A DNA stretch of 62,325 nt, filler included, from Sphacelaria rigidula (taxonomy: Eukaryota), in assembly GCA_964200075.2 (NCBI GenBank). It is 10 parts of 10 records of this genome, joined end to end, with 100 filler letters (N's around TTAATTAATTAA, not from the genome) between each part and the next. Parts side by side here need not be neighbours in the genome. Positions count along the whole stretch, not along the records: positions 1 to 6,144 come from CAXNAA020021958.1; positions 6,245 to 12,387 come from CAXNAA020021959.1; positions 12,488 to 18,630 come from CAXNAA020021960.1; 7 more parts are not named here. One strand, 5' to 3'. Both the position numbers and the translations under genes were made by a program. Shown piece by piece: positions 1 to 13,046 of this stretch. Numbering within the stretch: position 1 is the first letter of the stretch; every line of letters begins with the position of its first letter. Below the pieces are notes generated by a model. It made no database searches. It saw only the letters and a list, made by a program, of their open reading frames with translations, and had not been told where the DNA came from.

Positions 1-87
1 GATGGCTTGATCCCTTGAGACCACGGACTCATCCCGAGGAAGGGGAGGGGTTCAAAGTGTGAGGAAAAAAAAAGAAAAAAAAAGAGA

Positions 88-378
88 GGGATATCTCAGA
101 GGAATGTGGAGATCTCAGAAGGACATGCAACTGGAACATCAACGTCCATCTGGAATATGGATATTCATATGGGATATGGAGGTCCATCTGGGACGCCCAT
201 CTGGGATGCCAACCTTGAAAGTTCATCTGGGATATGGATGTCCATGAGGGATGTCCATCTGGTATATCCATGTCCTCTATGGACGCTCGCATCCCCGATG
301 GGATTCTCAGATGAATATCCAGGATGGATGTGGATATCTTAGAAGGATGCCTACCTAGGGCATCTTCATCCCAGATGA
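88..378. repeat. Degenerate short tandem repeat (GGAT(A/G)TCCATCTGGGA-like)
   Basis: Recurrent TCCATCTGG / GGATAT motifs in both orientations. Confidence 0.65.
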
Positions 379-486
379 AAGTTGCACAACAACGCACGAG
401 TGTGCAACAGCGTCTCGGCTATCCATGAACAACAATAAACTGCTGACCGTGGGAATGAGCAAACATTCAAAGCAAAAGTCATCCAC

Positions 487-3400
487 CTGTTTTCTTCGTC
501 TCTCGAGCGTATCCATACTTTCATGGCTCTTCATCATGAGCTTTCGCATCTGAGCCTGATCGTACCTACATCATTCAGCCACGTAAAATCGAAAAACAAA
601 GGGAAAAAACGATTTCGAGAAATACGACGGGCGTTGAAAACAAGAAAAACGTAATTACATCACTTTTGGGTTCAAGGCGTGCTGAAGGAGCAAAGGGTGA
701 AGTTGTTTTCAAGAGAAGGGTTTCTTGAGGAAATGGCGTGTTTCGGAGTATTGAAGCAACACGAGGCGAAGAAAGGACAATAAAGAGGCGGGAAATGTAC
801 TAGAGAAGAATGTACGCCTCAACAGAAGCTATCTCAAGAGGACAACAATGAAATACAATGCCAATGAAGAAATAGGGTGTTTATGAGGGAAAAGGTACAG
901 GGTACTTGTGAATTATTCTCTGAGGTAAGACGAAGTACACGCCCTTGAACGAGATTTGTTTCACTTCTTGACTTATTTTGCCGTTTTTCGGGGGTCCGAC
1001 GGGATCTAAGTCGTTTTTTCGAGGTAGCCTCCATTCTGGGATCCCGGAAAATCCTCACTGCATTTTCTTTCTCCATTTTTGTCGCGAGCCCGTTTTCGCC
1101 GCATAACTCAAGGAGAGGAGAGCCCCACAATGTTTCGTGGTCAAACTCGGCTAAGGGATGCTTAATTTTTCATGTCCACGTCAAAGACGAAGACGACCCC
1201 AAAACGCCATTTTCATACTGAGATCAAGCAGTTTGCGGTTACCGTGGCACAGGAAAGTTCATCGCACAAAGGCGCAAAACGTCACGTCGTTTTTACGAGT
1301 TAGATCCTGAAATTTTTCACGAATGTGCGATGGGTCATTACGCAACTTTCGAATGACGAGATTTTCTCGTTTTCTCTATTTTACCGTTTTTCGGGGGTCC
1401 GACGGGATGTAACTTTCCCCGAAAAACTGGGACCCCCGAAAAACGGCGGGAAAAGTCATGAAGAAAAAACAACCTCGACCTTCGAAAGTTTTTGAATGAC
1501 CCACAGCACATATTTGCAAAAATTCAGGGTCTAAATCCTGAAAACGGCGTAAAATTTCGCCGATTAATGTTTTCAGTTGGATAAGCGTGAACCAGCCTGT
1601 GAATGGTGTTATTTTCTTGCGCGACGAGTACACACAGGCAGCGCCACTACTCAAAGTTTTGTCAATGAAGAACTTGAGCCTCAAAGATTTCGACCTATAA
1701 GGACTCGGACTCAAATTGTGATGCCTGAATAAGAACCCCACATCAAGACCTATATAGAGGCTGTTGGTAGCCCACAGAGTATATGAGAACTCAAGCCCCC
1801 ATGGTAAGTAAGAGGTTCCCAAGTCGTGGTGTTACCTGTATCACGCAGCACTGCTGGTGTTCAGATGATATTTGATCGCTCTCGTATTTGATCTCCCTGG
1901 GGGCGTCCGTATCTTCGCTGAAAATGGAGTGCATCAGCATGCTTTTGTGGTTGCTTGACCACACTTCCGCGTACAGAATACCCGATCCCCCCTCCCCCCC
2001 CCCCACCCTGTAAGTGAGCGTTCGACGTACAAACGTGATTCGCGGACGTTACCTCGGTTTAAAATCTTCGTAGGCTCCGGCAGCACTATCTGGCGTTTCC
2101 CCTTTCCCTCCCAGAACTGTTCCTCCGTCTTTCACCGGAACCTTGTGATTTTTTCGCACGTGATTCAGTTCGGCTCGGTGATGGTTTCGTCATTGGACAA
2201 GATTTGGAGGCGTTCTGGCGATTCTGTTCCTGTAGTTTCGATTCGGTGACCGGGTGGCGGATACTTTCATTTTTTAACTATATCGCTGATCGGTACAAAA
2301 AGCTGAAGAAGAGTTTCAAACAGTATGATATGTGGATGGAGTAGACGTGCAAGTAATATGCACGCCTTACGAAACATTACGCCTAAAAGACACACACACA
2401 CACACACACACACGAGGCGCACAACATTAATCGATTACAGGCGACGGTATCAGAGCTGAGTGCATTGCACAGAAATTAAAGGGTGCGTAGCACGTTGTTC
2501 TCCGGAGGGTGCCCCGCAGATCATTGCAAATTAGATACTGCCTGTACGTATAGTTTAACTGCTCGAGGTGAAGTGATAGCCATTGCCGTCAAACCGACAA
2601 ATAAGTATCCCATTATCTCTGCTCTTTTTTTTTTCGCACTTTGAACCCCTCCTCTTCCTCGGGATGAGTCCGTGGTCTGAATGGATCAACCCATCTTCCC
2701 CCCGGTACGCGCCTTACATTTTGGTCTCGCGGATTGGGTCAGCACTCCTGCACCGCGTCAACTCACGTCACACAAACCTAGTCGACTACTTTGTTTACTC
2801 ACGTTCTCACGCTCTCCACGGGGGAAATTATACATTACGAAGAAAAAACCCAACGCGTCGGGAATCGAACCCTCGTTTTCTACACCCTAATGGCGACAGT
2901 CGGCCCATTGCTGCAAAGATAAAAACGACCACAGACGGTCTCAACAACTATGGTCGATAGAGAACCCCTGACTAAACAGTGTAAATAGGCAAGGTTCGAA
3001 ACCCCATTCGTTTCTTAGCGTAAGTGCTGCAGTGCATGCATCTTGTTTATTTCACAGTTCGGAAGTCCCTCTCTGCTCGTGGCGCCATGAGCTTCTCGGG
3101 TACTTTGTCAAGAAAACATGTTTTTTCCCCTATATTTTTTACTAAAATGAACGGGATATACAGTGAAGACTAAGAATATTGCGCGGAGACAAAACGTGTC
3201 CACGAAACTGTCCAATGCAGCGATATGCATGTAAATCCGCTATAAATGCGCTAATAATCCTTTGGGAGTACGCACACGTCCCGAGGACAGGGGGGGTTAC
3301 ACGTACCACAGGGGGAAAAAAATGATGATAAACCGACGATTACCAGGGCACGTCTTTGATGACCGTGCCAAACCAGCGCACCTTCTCTTCGTCGCACAGT

Positions 3401-5951
3401 GGCCGCTCCCAGAAAGTCTCACCGGTGCGGCGATCAAACCAGTACGGGACTCCGTCATCGGTCTCAAATTCCTCCAAAACCTACATGAAATCGATTGGGA
3501 TGTGTCGTCCGGAAACCGTAGTACGTCGGTATCACCATCATCATCATCATCATCATCATCATCATTTACTTTGCGCAGATCTCTGGTACCTGTGTCTCCG
3601 CCTGCTGGCCTATTACAAGCACCACAACCGGTGGGCGCGATTTGTTAATACTGCCATTGGAGTGGAGCTGGCGCACTGCAGTATGACATAATACTATGCG
3701 TTCGCGTTGCGGTCTAGATCACTTCTCTAGAAGAATCTCAGAGAGGAAGGAGACACGAGAGAGGAACGTAGACACATGAGGAAGAGATGGGAAGGGCAGA
3801 CGGGAATAGTATCGGAGAGTCATGCTGCGATGGGGCGGGGGGGGGGTGTTTAATTCCACGAAAAATGGGCTCATAAATGCTTCAGACGACCTCACACGCT
3901 CGCGGTGCGCTTGCATTTGGGTAAAAGCGGAGTCACGCAGTATGAATGAGTGCTATGTATCGGAACCAAGCGCGTTTGAACAACCGTTGCTACTATTAAC
4001 GGCGTCGTGGAAGAAAACGGCCAAATCGATCCCCCTCCCCTATCGTAGCATGACTCGGGAATACCAACAGGAAGGAAGAGAAGTGTGGAAAACTACCGGT
4101 ACCAACCACATGTGCAAACAGAGAGGAAGAAAGAGATAAAGAGATGCAAGCATAGAGAGGGTCAAAAACATGGACAGGCACGAAGATAAAAAATGGACGA
4201 AAAGCCACAAGTACAGGGGGCGAGGTCGAGAGAACTGGACCGACAGAGGGAAAGAGAAGCATGCGCAGGGAGATAGAGAGGAAGCGAGATCCAGGGGCGG
4301 AACGAGTCAAGAACACAGAAAACGAGACACGCAGATAGCGCGTATTGTTTACCTGTCTTTGAAGAAACGCCCAACTGCGATAGACCATCCCGATGCAGTG
4401 TCCCATTGGCCGAAGAGGGTCGCTACCTCTCATGAACTCTCCGCATTCTTGAACCCCGAGGTTTGTGAATATCTGGCGAAGGCAGAATTGATTTCAACAG
4501 GCAAGGCGTAAACAGGGAGGGTCGCGTTATGAAAACAACACTCGAACAACGCGAGTCCAAACAATATTTCCGCCCCCACGGCTTCGATTCGAATGTCCGG
4601 TTCGCTCGTATACCCCTCGATGTTGGGTGAGTAACCAGGTCGGGCAACGTCGGGCATTTTGAGAAGCGAAACAAAAAGAGAGACACGAAGCAAAGCAACC
4701 AGACCCCCCCTCCCTTAAATTTTGGTCCAAGCAGCATAAGAGTAAACAAAACAATCGTTGCACACGCGCACCCATATCGCCATCACACCCTGGTAAATTC
4801 AAGCGCCGCAGATCAACAGTCTCCCTGCATTTCTACAGACTACTTGTAACAGCTACGGCTAGCCTGCAGATCCTACCAGCAACCTCTAGATCTGAGGGAC
4901 TTGAACTGGTCAGGTGTTATCCCCTTGTACTGTTTCTATGCTCTCCTTGCCTTGTTTATTCCAAGCGCACAACCCTCCCCGCCCCGCCCCTGACCAATCT
5001 TCGGCGTATTTCCCGTATCAGCGTTTGAAAAAGCTTTTGGCAGAATTCATCAAGATGACATCCGTCCGTCTATGGTGTCCGCTGTCGGGCGGTGCAGCTC
5101 CTACAATCCGTCTTTTCTATGTGTGTCGAGCTATAACAGCTATACATCCACACAAAACAATTTGGTGGATGTCGACAGGCTGCGATAGTGATCATCATCC
5201 AAAGACGTTGCTGAATACTCGAGACGATTTGATAATCCCATTGACACCATGTATACGTCCCTCGGGGGCAGGAGGAATTATAAAAAAAATACAGAAAAAA
5301 AATACACACAGAGCAATCTTCGATCGCTGCATCCGATCACACGCCTCTACCCCTTAGTGCACTGGGATCCTCACACCTTTCCAATAGGGACCTACACGTT
5401 GGAAACAACCGCTAATGTCATTTTGCATTTGATCCCCACGTTTTCATCGAATATGATGCCGGGGAGAGTAGTACTCTACAAGACATGATTTAGGTGGGCT
5501 AATTTTCTCTGCGCACAACCGGATACACAATAACATCTGTAAGCCAGCTGACTATTGGTCATTGTCTTACTGGAATATCAAGGAAACCAAGTGGCCGTTT
5601 GCTATATATAGGTATTTGCTGAGCTAGAGGTAAGGGCCAGTGAAGATAGATCCATACCTGAGATCAGGAGAGAAATCGATGGTATACAAATACGTAACGC
5701 GCTGGATCGATGTTTCGCAGGCAGAGTAATACCAAACCTATCGTGGGAACCATCACATAGAGGGGACCAATTCCCACAAGTGTCTATCCAGGAATCGCCT
5801 TTTCACATTGACGACATCATGAGATAGCTCGAACGCTTCGCGAACAGAAAGTCCCAGGTTTACACCCAGATCCCACCAGAAATGGTGGCAGCCAAGAAAA
5901 CAAATGGTGGATACCTTCTGGAGCAGAGTTCAAAAACTCGCGGAAACTCTC
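487..5951 (-). CDS. Partial multi-exon gene encoding a WW-domain protein; proposed exons 5951-5877, 5391-5377, 4472-4353, 3480-3382, 2141-2053, 565-487
   Basis: All six segments are bounded by AG/GT, are phase-compatible and join into one open frame: ESFREFLNSAPEGIHHLFSWLPPFL-VPIGK-IFTNLGVQECGEFMRGSDPLRPMGHCIGMVYRSWAFLQRQ-VLEEFETDDGVPYWFDRRTGETFWERPLCDEEK-VPVKDGGTVLGGKGETPDSAAGAYEDFKPR-YDQAQMRKLMMKSHESMDTLERRRKQ. Start and stop lie outside the contig. Confidence 0.6.
2625..2890 (-). mobile_element. SINE-like repeat with a tRNA B-box and an A-tail; other copies at 10350-10582 (+) and 3' ends at 1-83 and 18731-18803 (+)
   Basis: On the minus strand it begins TAGGGTGTAGAAAACGAGGGTTCGATTCCCG (B-box GGTTCGATTCC) and ends GGGGTTCAAAGTGCG(A)n. 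It occurs four times, in three different contigs. Confidence 0.75.
3382..3480 (-). CDS. Exon encoding a WW-domain motif
   Basis: The 99-nt exon (tag|GTT...AAG|gtgcgc) translates to VLEEFETDDGVPYWFDRRTGETFWERP. This matches the WW pattern G-x-x-Y-[YWF]-x(4)-TG-x-T-x-W-x-x-P, with the first Trp replaced. Confidence 0.8.
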
Positions 5952-6144
5952 CTGCGGCGATTGTTGATAGGATGGCCCAAAACACGTAGAAAATATGTGA
6001 ATTAGAAGGTAAGATTCCAACCGGTAGTCGGGGTAAAAGGTGACTCCTACAGAACCTCCCAAGAGGTTCAGAAAAGGGGGGGGGGGGGGATGGGGGAACC
6101 ACTACATAAAACGGACGAGTTCACACAAGCGCGTCAAGGACTCA

Positions 6145-6244
6145 NNNNNNNNNNNNNNNNNNNNNNNNNNNNNNNNNNNNNNNNNNNNTTAATTAATTAA
6201 NNNNNNNNNNNNNNNNNNNNNNNNNNNNNNNNNNNNNNNNNNNN
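6145..6244. other. Artificial contig-joining spacer (N44-TTAATTAATTAA-N44); identical spacers at 12388-12487, 18631-18730, 24874-24973, 31116-31215, 37358-37457, 43600-43699, 49842-49941, 56084-56183
   Basis: Nine identical 100-bp spacers separate segments of 6144, 6143 (x3) and 6142 (x6) bp, in non-increasing length. The 12-mer carries stop codons in all six frames. Confidence 0.98.
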
Positions 6245-6585
6245 GCATTAAATATTGCAGTATATCGACTAAGGGCAAATTTCACCGATGAAATGCAGTA
6301 TTTTTTCAACACATGTTACTCGAGATATGTGGCCACGCGGAAACGACCAAGAGAGTTACAAAAAATGGCCAGAAACGCGAAAACAGTCGAACGCGCCATT
6401 TCGACAGCTTTTGCTCCGAGTTTTTAACGCACATCATTCGGGGGAGCCATTGGCACCGGAGCCTCGAAAAAACAGCGGAAAAAAAAGGAAAAAAAACGTG
6501 TTACTCGAGATATATGGCCACGCGAAAACGGACGTTTCGCCTACAGAAACCGCTTACTCTTTGTAGGCCAAATTTCGCCCAGGTA

Positions 6586-8161
6586 TACGAGCTGGGCCAG
6601 CCTAGACACGGATATAAGCTCTCAAATCAGTATCTCGTCGACACGGACGAGTTGGGCCATGATCTGCATATTGTATTCATCTTCCAGCCAAGGGGAGGGT
6701 GCCCATCTGCTCAAAAGTTTGGGCCCATATTTTCTTGTTGATCAAACCTCATGTCTAGTGATTCCTTCCCCTAACGGAGATAGGGAGAGTTCACCTACCA
6801 GAGACAGCGTCCATACTAAAATTTCCATGAAGCCTCCGATCGATGCGTTCAGCGGATGACGAATTTTGGTGCGAACATTTCCTGGAGCACGAGCCGATAG
6901 ATACCCTCACCTTCACCTAATTCGTGATCTATCTCGGGATATGGCGCACATAGGTTTCCATACTAAAATCGATATATTACGAGCAGAGGCACTAGATGAA
7001 CCAGGTTTGGATATCGGGTCTCAGTTTTTGAGAGTTATGCTATGAAAGACCTATTTCCGGAATAACATCGTCAGCTGACCTTATTAAACCCAAGGGATAG
7101 AGTCTGGTACCTCAGACGCTGAAGTTGATGAAGACCCCCTGCTTGATGGGACCACCCCCCGTTGACAACGGAGAACCGCTGGCATAATAAAGCATAAAAC
7201 ACAGCTTGATCAATTTACTCGTTTTTTTCTTAATTTCTTGTAGTATTTCTGGGGCAGTTCTGAGGAGCAATGAACACTGCGTTTGGGCCTTATCTCAAAT
7301 TCTAGAATTGTGATTCGAAACTCAGGACAAAGAACCACAGAGGTATGCCGAATCAAAAGAAAAACGGGCCCTCAGTTTTTTTTTTAGGGGGGGGAGAGTT
7401 TCGGGCGTTTTCGTAGAGAAATGGCGACTTCCATACTAAAACGCCCTGGACCAGTGAAGGAATGAAAAAAAATTATCCCGGCTCACTTTGTTTCGTCAAT
7501 TATACCCTAGCCACGGCCCACACAAAGTTTTAATTAACAAACACCAAACGTGGGCCGGTAAGTGGCTTGCAAAATACTGTTCCGAATTCATCTTGATTCC
7601 GTCACTAAACGACCCATCGTGCGGTCAATATTTCGAGGGTCGGACAAATACTGATTCGCTGGAAATTACTTGGTTTCAGTATGATGAGTCGACTCGTGAC
7701 GAATCAATCCCTAGGCTTTTATTATGTCAGCGTTGCAACCCAGGTACACACAGCCCAGACACGTGGAACGGCGCAAAAGTTGCGTGGATACCCCTCGGAC
7801 CAATGATCAACCTTCTTCTCCTTTTTGGGGAATCAGGCCGAAGAAATCGTGAACTTGGTGATTTTGAGTCGTGATGCTTTGTCCTAACCGTGCAATATTT
7901 GGAGTTACACCCTGAAATTTGTTACGGACAATTGATAGGGCACAATAAAAACAAACACCAGTGCATACCAGGTTCTCTTCACGAGTGAAGGGCAATAATC
8001 AGTTTTCAACCATCAGAAAAATGCCCCCAACTGATGAAAAAAACAAAAAAATGTGCACACAGGTGTTCGTTTTTATTATGCCCTTTTCATTGTCCACACA
8101 AAATTGGCCGTACGATGGGTCTGCAAACTACAAATTCGTTTCCCGACTGGCCCAGCTCGTA
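6586..8161. mobile_element. Non-autonomous TA-flanked TIR element (Tc1/mariner-like), TACGAGCTGGGCC family
   Basis: Perfect 15-bp inverted termini including TA: TACGAGCTGGGCCAG at 6586-6600 and CTGGCCCAGCTCGTA at 8147-8161. No transposase ORF is present. Confidence 0.78.
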
Positions 8162-8678
8162 CCTGATCTAGGATTTTTTTTCAATCGTACCTTGTCTGGG
8201 CCAACGATCGGCCGATAACATACCTGTGCTAGGTCATCGCTCTCTACACTGTTGTGCCTGATGCGGCACAAAACGCGCAGAGGAGTCTACGTGCCAACTT
8301 CAACCATGGCGCCCACATATTCGTCTCTCTTCCCACTCATTTGCTGTTCACGGACGCCACAACGACCACGCCCGTTTTCCCCCGGAAAAGGTTCCCGAGT
8401 CTCTCCGCATCGACACAATAACTGGACTCACAACTGATAGCGCGTCGGTCATTTGGGATGGGTGGATTGTGGAACACTGTTGTACTGTTGCGATTTCGGG
8501 GCTGGTGTCAGTGTCAAGCTAGGCTCTTCAATCACCAACGGTGGTTGCAGCATCATCGATGGTTGGTTCAAGCAACGGATACAGTACTGGTGTTGCTAAC
8601 AACCCGTGCCTCATGCTACTCGACGTGCACTGTCGCTGTACGTTCACGATAATCAGCGAAGATGCCATCCGATGTTCA

Positions 8679-9721
8679 CCCTTTTGGGACCGGGCCTTCC
8701 GGACGACAATGAAGGCTGGTTAGGAATGATGTGTCTGAGGTCTGCACGGGCCAGTGGCGTGTTGCTGAGACTCCGCGTATGTAACCGCAGGGACATGACG
8801 AAGACCGAAAGTTTCATCCAATCTATTATCAGGTGCAGAGTGCGTATTAGGTGGTGTATATCCATATCCCATGTAACAAGCAGTATGGGTCGCGGTAGAG
8901 AGCTTTCAACAGCATGCGGCGACCGGCAGGCCGCCCGCCACTTGTGGCTTTGGATGATATTACTGTCCCCTCAACTTGCCACACAGCCCTTTGCGGTCGG
9001 GGTGGGCCACCATTTCCCTATTTGTTTCATGCAGTAAATTACCTTCGAAGTGTATCAGCGTTGCGGCGCGCATGCATACAGTATAGTATAGTACAGTACA
9101 GTGCAGTACGCCTCTCCGACTGCAGCAGGAGCTGCCCCTGCATACTCCCTTGCACTTTTTGGGCATTTCTCAGCTACCGAGATCAACTGCCCATATACCG
9201 CTTCTTCATCCCCGCCCACTAAATACATGTTAAGTGCACATTGCAAATCATCGGCAGAGGGATAAGCAGAGTCCATGACGGTAGCTCCTTTGGTCTTTCC
9301 ACGGCCCACCTGAGTTTAGCGCCTCGTGAAAATGACCACATCAAAGCATGTACACTCCTTCCGAGTTTTTTCCGTTCCACCGTGTGTTAGGGTCATTACT
9401 GCGTTTTAGTGTAGAATTGCGACCCAACCCCCCCCCCGGAAAATCTCGGGAACGCCATACTAAATACAAGCAGTACCATAAAACCAAGCTGCGATCAACC
9501 TGCATATGGAAATTAGGGGAGGCTTATCTGGGCCAGGCGCAAGGCCCCCACACGATCTTTGCAGTGGCATCACCCTTGACAACGATCCCCGCGCTGGTCG
9601 TTCGGCTCTGGTCGATGAAATGCGCCTCGCCGTGATTGGGCAGGTCGGTCCTGATTTATTCTTCATTTTTTAACCAACACAGGGTCAAACCTGTGTTAGT
9701 GGGGGTTCGGTCCCAAAAGGG
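8679..9721. mobile_element. piggyBac-like non-autonomous element
   Basis: 14-bp TIRs CCCTTTTGGGACCG / CGGTCCCAAAAGGG flanked by TTCA and TTAA. Similar termini recur at ~10337-10350, ~18559 and 20442-20566. Confidence 0.7.
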
Positions 9722-11064
9722 TTAAGGGCGGCTACAAGTTGCACACACCACAGCTTTCCCAGTTTCCCGAATGAACCTGATCTAAGCATATCACTGTGAA
9801 CTGCAGACTCACCGGATGACAAACAACCACGTCGCTGTTCGATTGGCGTATTGCCGGTGATGTTATTGTACTGCATAGAGTACGGGGTGCGTCTGATATC
9901 GTTGGGCGATAGCGTGGCGGAGTGCGTTTTCTTTCAATGCGGTGGGTGCACGTCAGCAATCAACCCGCACTGGGTATACGTGGGGTGCAGCAGCGTCACG
10001 CAAAACGTTGCACGCACGGCCAAATTCGACGACTCTTGAGCTGAAATTTCAAGACCTTCTGCACCCAAGGAAATCATACATCTCGGGAGCAGCTGCAGGT
10101 TCTCTATTTTCCCCTAGACTTGTGACATCATCTTGCTTTTGATGGAATTCAAATCCCCACAACTTTTTTTTGTTTCTTCTCACTTCCTTCGCTGCTCTCG
10201 GGATGTTCTGCATGTCAATCAAAATAACCCGCTGTCAAAATTTCAGCGCCCAACTCCTAATTTTACGCTGTGCGTCGCCTTAGCGAGACAACTACCCACT
10301 GATGGCTGGCCCAGCTCGTACTTCGTGGGGGTCTAGTTCCCAAAAGGGTTAGGGTGGAGAAAACGAGGGTTCGGTTCCGGATGTTTTGGAGTATTTTCTT
10401 CAAAACATCTGATTTCCATCGCGGAAAGCGTGAGAACGTGACTTGACGCGGTGCGGGAGTGCTGACCCAATCCGCGAGATATCAAAATGCAAGGCGTGTA
10501 CCGGGGGAGAGATGGGATCATTCCCTGAGACGGCGGACTTGTCCCGAGGAGGGGGGGGGATTCAAAGTGCGACAAAAAAAAAGTGAAAATGCAGCGTACC
10601 GAGTGCTGCAGAACAAGCTAGACAAGCTCAGCGTGTTGATAAGGAAGGTGATGAGGAAAGGAGCGGTCGATGCGGCCACGCTACCAAAGAAAGCGGGAAA
10701 ATGTACGAGTATGGAGGTGGCGATGCGGCCGGAGTCCTTGTGAACGCACTACATTTATATTTTCAAGGTTGTGCAGGCCTTGAACAAGAGGGTAAAAGGC
10801 GACCGACTAACCAAGATTCCGGTGCAGCAAGGAAGTGGGCCCCAGAGTGAGATAAAAATTTGGTTGGAAATCACGCGGTACTCGCAGGAAGGGCTATGGT
10901 ATTCCACGAAGCACTTCAGTTGGTATCCTCGAAACCTTTTAACGGTTGGGTCGTGGGTTTAATTCTCGGAGCGATCTGCGATTTTTCCCACACCATGCCC
11001 AACGGTGGACAGCGACCATGTCGTGGGTACACAAAGTTCGACTTAACTGTCGACGAGGAAAAGG

Positions 11065-11258
11065 AAACTGCTGACCCTTTGTCGTGATAGAAAATAAAGG
11101 CGAGCACCGCAGAAGGAAGGCGGGGTGCTAAAACCACGTAAAAAAGAAGCTCCTGTGTTGATCTTCCTCCTGTGTGACCCCGACTGGTGCGCCCGCATCT
11201 ACCGAAAGGTGTAGACCGGCGTCCAGAATAGATGGGACGACGACACACACAACACACA
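11065..11258 (+). repeat. Dispersed retroposon-like repeat ending in (CA)n; inverted copy at 49640-49841
   Basis: Shared CTTCCTCCTGTGTGACCCCG...ACCGAAAGGTGTAGAC...ATGGGACGAC(G/A)ACACACAC between contigs 2 and 8. Confidence 0.8.
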
Positions 11259-11407
11259 CTACGTTATATTCGTCACGAGAGCCGCAACTGCTGCCTCGGC
11301 AGCGGCGTGGGGAGGGGGGACTGCAGGAAGGAGACCACTTGTTCCAAGCAGGCGCGGAATTTTTGTCGGTATGGGCGCGGGAGCACATTAACGCTGAGGA
11401 AGCTTTC

Positions 11408-11642
11408 CACACGTGGGACAGCTCCCTGTAGCTCGAGCTAGCTCTTATTGAGCGTAGCTCCCTGGTGAGCTGTGAGAGCTACATGGGCTACGCATGTTTG
11501 TCCTAGGTGAGCGACCAACTCGTAGCTCATCAGCGCACGTTCACCTTGTGTTGAGCTATCGGACATAGCTTACATGTACATGTTTGACTACAAGTGAGCT
11601 ACCGCCCGCAGATGAGCTAGCTCATGAGCTGTCCAAGGTGTC
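11408..11642. mobile_element. MITE with CACACGTGGGACAGCTC termini and an 8-bp TSD
   Basis: The imperfect TIR has right end GAGCTGTCCAAGGTGTC. TSD AAGCTTTC lies at 11400-11407 and 11643-11650, and the interior is built of GAGCTA/TAGCTC motifs. Confidence 0.82.
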
Positions 11643-12509
11643 AAGCTTTCGCACTCGAGGCAGTGTTGCGCGAATTCTGCCAGGGGTCGCCAGGGAGCGT
11701 TGAAGGGGCACAGGTTTTGGTGAGCGTCGACAATCCGTCCGTCGTGGAATGCTTGGCGAAAGGCAGATAAAAAAAAGCCTTCGTACATGCGCTATTGCTC
11801 AACTTTAATGACCTGCATAGGAGAGAGGGTTTTTGGTCGCGGCTGCAATGGGTACCGTCGGCATAAAATAGCGAAGCAGGCGCCATTGCGAGGCCGGGCA
11901 AGGTCGAGTTTGTGTGGCTGAGGCCGGAGATTTTCGTCGACTTATGTTTTGGGGGGAAGGCATTTGGCACAGATCCTATGGCCAGCAATGTCTCGGTGCA
12001 GCGTGTTCCCAGAGGACGCCTGGGGGGGAAAAACAAATTGCTGTTTCGCTCACGACACACGTGTTCAGGGGCGGTGGGGATACGTGTGTAACCGCAAAAT
12101 GTGGCCTTGATATCGGGATCGAGCGAGAACGGTTCCATCTTTTGTTTCCCGTCGGTATGCATGGTTGGAGTGGTGCTGCAGCGCATGAATGAGTGACGGG
12201 CGAGGGCAGTGGTCGCTGTTCCAGGGGTAAAAGGGACGTGGTATCCCAGGTTGCGGAGCACCCTCGTGAGAGAAAGGTTAGAAGCGAAGGAGGGGGGGGG
12301 GGGGGGAACAAGGCCTTTTTCTGGGACCCCCCTCCCAGGGGCGGGGGAAGTTTTGGTTTAAAAAAAAGGGGGGGGAAAGGGGTAGGGNNNNNNNNNNNNN
12401 NNNNNNNNNNNNNNNNNNNNNNNNNNNNNNNTTAATTAATTAANNNNNNNNNNNNNNNNNNNNNNNNNNNNNNNNNNNNNNNNNNNNTCCTTGGGCATGG
12501 GGGGGGGGT

Positions 12510-12560
12510 GGCTGGTTCTCATTCGTTGCTTGCCTTAGTCTTTTGGCCATTGACCACGCA
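12510..12560. repeat. Dispersed repeat fragment, also at 56305-56350, near contig starts
   Basis: CTCATT(C/T)GTTGCTTGCCTTAGTC...CCATTGACCAC is shared by contigs 3 and 10. Confidence 0.75.
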
Positions 12561-13046
12561 TCCCTTTCGAGACGGAGCACCGTTCCTACTCCTAATATCT
12601 GACCTTCTGGGACCCCAGATAACCGGTGAAGTAAACAACAAAAAAATAGTCTACGGAAATTTTCGTCATGACCTATAGTATATGTGCGCATTTTTTAGTC
12701 TTGGGAATCGCCGTGAACACGCGCGCCTTCGTGCGGTGGAGTGAGCTTGAAAAGCGCAAAGTACCAACTACTTGATGTTAGTATAAATGTACTTTCAACG
12801 TTAAATCGATACCATTGCACCAGTTTTGCGAGTCACGAGATATAAGTTTGTATATACTGGAGTACGAGTATGATCTTTTAGACGACCCCGGAACACGTAC
12901 ATTTTGTTTTGTATGTGAAGAGGCATTATCCGCTGCGGCTACACCGTATACTCGCTGTACAGGGTAATCAATATACCGGTCACTTTGTACTGTTTTCACT
13001 TTTTTCTCTGCTAAGTAGCCGCACTCTTGTTTCAATGTAAATATTG

